Below, in pieces: positions 58,022 through 64,000 of a stretch of DNA of 64,000 bases (position 1 is the first letter of the stretch; each line of letters starts with the position of its first letter). The stretch is from Candidatus Sumerlaeales bacterium (GTDB lineage: Bacteria; Sumerlaeota; Sumerlaeia; Sumerlaeales; Sumerlaeaceae), in assembly GCA_038243585.1 (NCBI GenBank), contig JBBSQY010000001.1, positions 1-64,000 on the forward strand. The letters are read 5' to 3'. Under the pieces are notes generated by a model. The model ran no database searches. It was not told the DNA's origin and was given only the letters and a program-made list of their open reading frames with translations. Position numbers and translations under genes: made by a program.

Positions 58022-59302
58022 CTATTCGAACATATCCCAGCCGGCGGCCCTGTTTGTTTGCTGATTAGGATCCAAGAAGAACCCCGCCGGTGCATACGTA
58101 TGACCCGGGAAAAGCGTTGCCAATGTGCTGTCAGAAACCCCGCGTCGCGCCTTTAGGATTTCGCCTATTACGGAACGAAAATCGGTTGTGGCTGCTACGT
58201 CCACAGATTCAAATAGCTGACCCTGCGCCAGTCCCGGCCACGCTCCGTATATCTTTTTCTCAAGCACATTTGAGCTGAGCACCATCATCAATCCGCCGTG
58301 CCCGTGATCTGTGCCCAGGTTATCATTCTCACGCACTCGCCGCCCGAATTCGCTCATAACCACCACGGTCAGTCTGCCGTGATACTCCAGCAGGTCCGAC
58401 CAGAACGCATGAAGACCATCGGCCATTTGCTTTGCATTGTTCGCGAAATAACCTTGGTGCGGGCTCCCGTTGTTGGCCTGGTATTCATGGGTATCCCAAC
58501 CTCCCAAATCAACCGTTGCAGCTTCCAACCCGAGATTCATTCTTATAATCTGCGCCACGGATTTCAAGGTTTCCGCAAAATCTGTATCCGGGTAAACGGT
58601 ACCGTTCCCCGGCACGTAATCCCCAGTGGGGTTCGCATCGATCAGGTCTACGGCATCCAGCGTGCGATTCGCCACACCACTCAGCCGCGGATCAGCGGCA
58701 TACATTTGTCGCAGTGCGACTCGAAAATCATCAAGATGATTATAGTGAGTATGCAGTGTAAAATCCTCCGCCGACTCCATTGTCAGTGCTCCGGGAAATC
58801 CTTCCAGCGATATGGAGGCGGCACCGTTCAGCGATACCGCGCGAAAGACGCTATCCATGGGACTTGACGGTACCAGGTGGCGCGCCAGCCAGCCATCCCC
58901 GGTTTTGGCAGCGCTGCCTGTCAGGCCGCGATCCATGATATCCTGAGCATCAAAGTGGCTTCGGTTTGCCTCCGGAAAACCACACGCCGGAATAAACGCC
59001 AAGTGTCCTGCATTGTACAACGTGGCCAGCTTATCGGCGCCTTTATTTATACCAAAGTAGCCGTTTAAATCAATTACGTTGGCAGCATCCAATCCCAGCC
59101 TGCTCCGCGCCTGGTGGTATTCTGTATCAGACCATGGTGCCAGCAGGCTGAGTGCATCCATTCCGCCACGCAGAAACACTGATACAATTATATCGCGATT
59201 GCCCGGGCCTTGCCCGAACGTCAGATTGCCAAGCCTGGCACCGGCCAAGGCCATGATGCTGGAGCAGCAACCCTGCAAGAACGTGCGCCGTTTCATCTTC
59301 AT
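58022..59302 (-). CDS. DUF1501 family protein (Tat-exported) with W-x-M-F tail
   Basis: KRRTFL; FLRGGMD; RSHFDAQD; GGWDTH; SEFGRR; GTDHG; TDFRSV; ends TNRAAGWDMFE. Confidence 0.92.
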   Translation of the reverse strand: MKMKRRTFLQGCCSSIMALAGARLGNLTFGQGPGNRDIIVSVFLRGGMDALSLLAPWSDTEYHQARSRLGLDAANVIDLNGYFGINKGADKLATLYNAGHLAFIPACGFPEANRSHFDAQDIMDRGLTGSAAKTGDGWLARHLVPSSPMDSVFRAVSLNGAASISLEGFPGALTMESAEDFTLHTHYNHLDDFRVALRQMYAADPRLSGVANRTLDAVDLIDANPTGDYVPGNGTVYPDTDFAETLKSVAQIIRMNLGLEAATVDLGGWDTHEYQANNGSPHQGYFANNAKQMADGLHAFWSDLLEYHGRLTVVVMSEFGRRVRENDNLGTDHGHGGLMMVLSSNVLEKKIYGAWPGLAQGQLFESVDVAATTDFRSVIGEILKARRGVSDSTLATLFPGHTYAPAGFFLDPNQQTNRAAGWDMFE

Positions 59303-59344
59303 TAAAATAAGTACCTTTCACAAAAAGGAGGGTAATGAGTTAAT

Positions 59345-60922
59345 TCAGCGCCACATATATTCTGGCGCTACGGTGCACAGAGCCGCAATGCGTGGGGCCT
59401 TGTCTTCAATCTGCTCTACGGGCAGTGCGATATCAAAGTTTCGCCCCTCAGCAACAAACACCATGATCCCTTCAAAAGTCGCAGTAGAGACAGGACGTTG
59501 GATCACCCGGTTTATCCACCATTGAGCGATCTCACGTGGCGTGCGAAGAGTGCCGGGCATCAACGCATACGCCGGGAAGGTAAGCCCTTTATTAACCCAC
59601 CATCCGGCATCAATGCGAAAGATGAAATTGTAACGAGACAGCATACTTGTCGCCGTTGCCCAGTTATAAAAATCCTTCGGCGGCCCATCGGGCGAATGCC
59701 ACCCGAACATGTAATAGCCCACATCGGCCATCATGTAGGTCATCTGAAAAGCGTCTTCACCCTCGCGATAAATATATGGGATAGCCAGCGCCCGCATTGT
59801 CGAAATGATCCAGTCGTACGGACGCTTCAGCAAACACATCCGCGTCGCTTCACTGCGAAACTCAGATGAGGCAAAGATGTGCGCCAGCGTGAGACGAATC
59901 TGCTGCGCATTGTTGCGGTTCTGATAGAAAACATTCGCCGAACTGGCCACGATAGACTCGGCAGGCGTCTCCGATACAAACCGCTGACACAGCTTTAACG
60001 CAATATGCCGCGCCGTGCCCTGATGATTACAAATAAGGTCAATCACCTTAAGGCCATCAGCCAGGTCGGCCTGATCATTTGGGATGGAAGTACCCAGCAC
60101 GATTTTCTGAAAGCGATCATGATTATCGCGCACGTATTTAAACTTGCCACGGTTGGGTGATGCACTCGAATTATCATACGACCACCCTGTGAAGCACCGG
60201 CTCGATTCGTATACATCGTTGTCTACATAGCCGCCTGGCGCATTGTAACTAATCGCACCAAGCGAATGCAACTCGAACAGCTCGCGCGCGTAATTTTCAT
60301 TAGGCCCCGCGTTCGTGCTCAGGTAATTATCCAGATAATCTAACATCACCGGATGTTTGGCCGTCGCCGTCACAAAATCGCGAAAATTACCCAGCGCATG
60401 CTGACGAATGAGGCGGTCCCATTCAGGAAACAAACACGCGATAGGCGTATCATACGCATATACGTTAAAATGATCGTGCCAGAAGGCCGTCATCACCTCA
60501 AACAGTTGCCATTTGGAATGCAGCATTCGCGCGAGAGTGGCATGGCGAACCTCGTCCGCCGGGCGCATGGCTTCAGCCCAGTTCATGCTGCGCCGATCAT
60601 ATAGTACGGTGGTCGATTCCGCAAACGTCCCGTGGGGCAACGCCGCCAGCATGGCGGCCAGTTCCGGCGTATCAGTCGCCCCCGGATTAAGCTGCTCTGC
60701 TATCCAGGCATCCACCCCCTGGGCTTCCACTGCAGCAATATCACCAGGGCGCGTACCAAACGTAAGCCGGTTCGCCACGTGAGCCGCCAGAGATGGGGCA
60801 GGTGCAGGATTATCAAGAGATAGTGCTGCTGTGTCCTGACCAGGATCACTTTTAAGGGCACTATCCTGACGCATAAAGTATTGCCGACGCGAACTGAGTG
60901 CGGTTGGGGAAGACATGGGCAC
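59345..60922 (-). CDS. DUF1800 family protein
   Basis: NRLTFG, FWHDHF, HALGNF, MLDYLDN, NENYARELFELHSLG; usual partner of DUF1501. Confidence 0.93.
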   Translation of the reverse strand: MPMSSPTALSSRRQYFMRQDSALKSDPGQDTAALSLDNPAPAPSLAAHVANRLTFGTRPGDIAAVEAQGVDAWIAEQLNPGATDTPELAAMLAALPHGTFAESTTVLYDRRSMNWAEAMRPADEVRHATLARMLHSKWQLFEVMTAFWHDHFNVYAYDTPIACLFPEWDRLIRQHALGNFRDFVTATAKHPVMLDYLDNYLSTNAGPNENYARELFELHSLGAISYNAPGGYVDNDVYESSRCFTGWSYDNSSASPNRGKFKYVRDNHDRFQKIVLGTSIPNDQADLADGLKVIDLICNHQGTARHIALKLCQRFVSETPAESIVASSANVFYQNRNNAQQIRLTLAHIFASSEFRSEATRMCLLKRPYDWIISTMRALAIPYIYREGEDAFQMTYMMADVGYYMFGWHSPDGPPKDFYNWATATSMLSRYNFIFRIDAGWWVNKGLTFPAYALMPGTLRTPREIAQWWINRVIQRPVSTATFEGIMVFVAEGRNFDIALPVEQIEDKAPRIAALCTVAPEYMWR

Positions 60923-61425
60923 ACCTTTTATTAGTAAGCCCTTCTGTGCATCCCCCAGTCAGAGAAAGGCGATGCACACAATGGCTATTGCGAGTTTGTA
61001 GAAATGGGTACCCCATCTCGTCCCGTCGTTTCAACCAAAATGATTAGGAAAGACAGTAGAATCAAAAATCCTATAATGCTGATTGTGTACAACCTGGCAA
61101 TTACCGCCTGTAAATAATGGGCGACCTGCTGATAGGAGTTTACGCAGCACGTTCTCTCGTGTTATGTTGTTATGAAGTATTTGCGATACATCGCTTCTGT
61201 TTCTGGAGCGTTATTTTAGTACCTTCGTGCACAAATCAGCCGGCTACCAGCACATCCGGCTAGCCTTATTATGGAATGCAGAGCGCATTGACTTAGCAAG
61301 ACTTTACGCTGTTACAAAAAGTTACCTTTAACACCGTTAGAAGAAGAGGCGGCTGTTTAATTTACCTTGGTGTCGTATCATAGGGGATATAATTACGCAT
61401 CAAACTTTAAGTCGGGGTCTACTAT

Positions 61426-62847
61426 ATGTGGCTGGCCATTCATCTTGCGATAATTTTGGGATTATCAGTTCGCGTACTACTTCGCCCCCATCGCGATCCG
61501 GAATCGCGGATCGCGTGGATTTTATTTATCAGTGCCCTCCCCATCGTTGGCGCACTAGCTTACCTGATGCTGGGTGAAGTAAGACTGGGCGCAAACGCAG
61601 CTCGCAATTTAATGCGTGCTCACCCACCGCGTGCAGATTCCGACTTGGAGCCTGCGACCTCAACAAACGCACTTATTCCAGAGTGTGCGTGGGCTGGGTT
61701 TTCTACCGGCGAATCCATTAGTGGATTTAGGCCGAAGACCGGGAATGTGGGCCATCTGATGGAAAATTCCAATACCACTATTGATGCAATTGCCGCAGAT
61801 ATCGATTCGGCCACAGATCATGTGCACCTGCTATTTTATATCTGGCTACCGGATAATAATGGCCGTAAAATTGTAGACGCCGTAGTGCGAGCCGCCAACC
61901 GTGGTGTGACCTGCCGGGTGATCGTAGATGCTCTTGGATCGCGGGGTTTTATACAGAGCGAGCAATGGCGCGCAATGGGTCATGCCGAGGTACGATTAGG
62001 GAAAGCCGAGTCGATCGATCACATACTTCTTCGCATTCTTAAGGGTCGGGTCGATGTGCGAAATCATCGAAAGATTATTGTAATCGACAACCGGATAACT
62101 TACTGCGGAAGCCAAAATTGCGCTGATCCAGAGTTTGCCGTAAAGGCGAAGTTTGCGCCGTGGGTGGATGCGGTTATAAGGTTCGAGGATCCCATCGTGC
62201 TGCAGAACCAGCAGCTGTTTGTTTCAGACTGGCTGGCATGCACCGGAGAAGATGCCGTTGAATCTTTGTCTTTTGAGTCTGAGTGGCCACAATCCGGCAA
62301 CGTGATTGCGCAGGTCATCGGGACCGGACCGGGAAATTCCCATTCGGCAATGCCAGAGCTATTTGCAACATTGATGTTCAGTGCGCGACATGAGCTAATA
62401 ATCACAACGCCGTACTATGTACCTGATGAAGCGATGCAGGCTGCGCTATGTGCATCCGCTCGACGTGGCGTTGCGACGAAAATTGTGTTCCCCGCAAGCA
62501 ATGATAGCCGGTTCGTTGCCTATGCGAGCCGTAGCTATTACTCGGATCTTCTCGCCGCGGGCGTTAAAATCTATGAGTATAAAGGCGGATTACTACATAC
62601 AAAGTCGCTAACAGTAGATGAAGAAATGACACTAATCGGTTCCGCTAATATGGATCGGCGTAGCTTCGATTTGAACTTCGAAAACAACATTCTGTTTGCC
62701 GATAAGAAACTGACGCTACAGATGCGTGAAAGACAGGAACAGTATATCGCCAACTCACAACTGGTGACAATGGAAGATGTAAACGCATGGAGTCTGGGCA
62801 CTCAGCTTCTCAATAACCTTACCGCTATACTTGGTCCAGTGTTGTAA
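61426..62847 (+). CDS. cls: Cardiolipin synthase
   Basis: Two N-terminal TMs; HKD motifs NHRKIIVID and LHTKSLTVD; GSANMDRRSFDLNFE. Confidence 0.95.
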   Translation: MWLAIHLAIILGLSVRVLLRPHRDPESRIAWILFISALPIVGALAYLMLGEVRLGANAARNLMRAHPPRADSDLEPATSTNALIPECAWAGFSTGESISGFRPKTGNVGHLMENSNTTIDAIAADIDSATDHVHLLFYIWLPDNNGRKIVDAVVRAANRGVTCRVIVDALGSRGFIQSEQWRAMGHAEVRLGKAESIDHILLRILKGRVDVRNHRKIIVIDNRITYCGSQNCADPEFAVKAKFAPWVDAVIRFEDPIVLQNQQLFVSDWLACTGEDAVESLSFESEWPQSGNVIAQVIGTGPGNSHSAMPELFATLMFSARHELIITTPYYVPDEAMQAALCASARRGVATKIVFPASNDSRFVAYASRSYYSDLLAAGVKIYEYKGGLLHTKSLTVDEEMTLIGSANMDRRSFDLNFENNILFADKKLTLQMRERQEQYIANSQLVTMEDVNAWSLGTQLLNNLTAILGPVL

Positions 62848-62912
62848 AAGACGAGATTCTATGTCCCTTGGTAAACTCACAGGAAACATCACCTTATAAG
62901 TACGTACCGACT

Positions 62913-64000
62913 TCAGCTAAGCAGCCGCACATCCGAAGAATCAACTATCGCCAGTATTGATTCCCACCGCTCCGCCTGTCTGTCCCCGGCGGATTCGTTA
63001 TCAATTTTGATGTTTAGCCGCCTCACAGACCTCGCCAGGTAGTTTAGCTTCAGAAGCACATCATAAAATGGCGAGAGTTTTCTCAATGTTCCGCGGTCAG
63101 TGTCCGGTAATTTGCGGTAATATGAATTATTAAACCTGGCGATTATCTCCGGGTTACCTTCACACATGGTGTCGTGTACCAATGAGATGTCCCGGGCCGG
63201 CACTCCCCACTCCACCGTTGAATTATCCAGCAGACAGTAGCGGCCGTCTGCCATAAACAGTCCGTTTTCCCGATGGAGATTATTGTGGACGAGCGTGTAA
63301 TGGCGCAGCGCGGCAAATGTATCTTTCCAGCCTAGCAGCCAATCGTTTACCTGCTTCTGTCCCTCACTCACGTTCTTCACCCCTTCCAGCTTGCTGATCT
63401 GTGCAACCCGAGCCAGTTGGCGTTTGGCGCGACGAACAATCGTCGCATAATGATCCTCCAGCCTGATCATGTCCGCAGGTCCCCATTTGTTATTATGCAC
63501 AGAATGCATACGCGCCATTTCATCGGTCACGGCCTCCAACTCGCGCTCGGTCATCGATCCGCCCCGCACGAACTTTCCTTCTACAAACTCCTCCAGCATA
63601 AAAAGAGCGCCGGTTCTGCCATTCTTTTTCAGACTCAACACCTTGGGCACCCTAATGTTGTGACTACTCAGCATTCCAGCGGCGGCGTTGTAACGGTGAG
63701 CTTCAAAGTGTCTGTGCGCGGGATACACGCGCAAAATAACACTCTTATCGTTCACAGTAACCTTCCGCACCAGGCTACGCATTCCGTATAGCGGCATCTC
63801 GATTGCAACTTTAAGCGACTCATCTTGCGGATTGTGACCCAGCTCAACAGGGATATTGCGGCGCACATAACGTTTCACTGCAATCTCCAGATGCAGGGCC
63901 TGATTTAAGTCCAGTGGCCATGACCGCAATTGAACAAGCGGCTCTGCCTTTCGCCTTAGCACCCGACCCCGGTCAATGCCCACAACCACCAGATTCTCAA
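62913..64000 (-). CDS. APH/choline-kinase-like phosphotransferase fold protein, probably 5'-truncated by the window edge
   Basis: RVPKVL, LEEFVEG, MARMH, LVHNNLHREN, LLD; the frame stays open to position 64000. Confidence 0.75.
   Translation of the reverse strand, partial: ENLVVVGIDRGRVLRRKAEPLVQLRSWPLDLNQALHLEIAVKRYVRRNIPVELGHNPQDESLKVAIEMPLYGMRSLVRKVTVNDKSVILRVYPAHRHFEAHRYNAAAGMLSSHNIRVPKVLSLKKNGRTGALFMLEEFVEGKFVRGGSMTERELEAVTDEMARMHSVHNNKWGPADMIRLEDHYATIVRRAKRQLARVAQISKLEGVKNVSEGQKQVNDWLLGWKDTFAALRHYTLVHNNLHRENGLFMADGRYCLLDNSTVEWGVPARDISLVHDTMCEGNPEIIARFNNSYYRKLPDTDRGTLRKLSPFYDVLLKLNYLARSVRRLNIKIDNESAGDRQAERWESILAIVDSSDVRLLS

Noticed and set aside
60945..60978. TGTGCATC-N18-GATGCACA hairpin upstream of DUF1800 as a riboswitch
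   Set aside because: A single 8-bp stem with no recognisable aptamer or expression platform

Overview
Chromosomal window from a diderm bacterium with about 50 CDS. I found no rRNA, tRNA, CRISPR array, transposase, integrase or prophage. Two prepilin-like genes with the FTLIELLIVVAIIAILAAIAVPNFLEAQTRAK...YDA(T/S)NGTVSxGDV signature suggest Candidatus Sumerlaeota (BRC1) or a relative; this is inference from recalled sequence style, not a search. Recognisable core genes are tsaD, mcsA, pyrF, atpD, rsgA, a cardiolipin synthase, YraN, a MoxR ATPase, a SWIM-SNF2 helicase and an ExbD/TolR-TonB/TolA pair. Several sit without their usual operon partners. Strongest signals: (1) four unrelated exported proteins end in the same short tail, [VIA]-x-x-W-x-[LVM]-[YF]-(x)-stop, a candidate lineage-specific C-terminal sorting signal; (2) a five-gene operon with a long-tailed MotA/TolQ/ExbB protein, two atypical Asp-bearing ExbD-like partners, a large exported protein and a lipoprotein, a candidate ion-driven motor of unknown output; (3) several sigma-54 -24/-12 motifs, including a back-to-back pair around a perfect palindrome and one before a baeRF/HPF ribosome-hibernation-like pair; (4) a frameshifted sulfatase, a TsaD insertion, a tandem paralog pair that has gained a repeat and cysteines, and a 10-aa-repeat protein next to a B12 radical SAM enzyme. 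All family assignments come from motif recognition by eye; no database searches were run.
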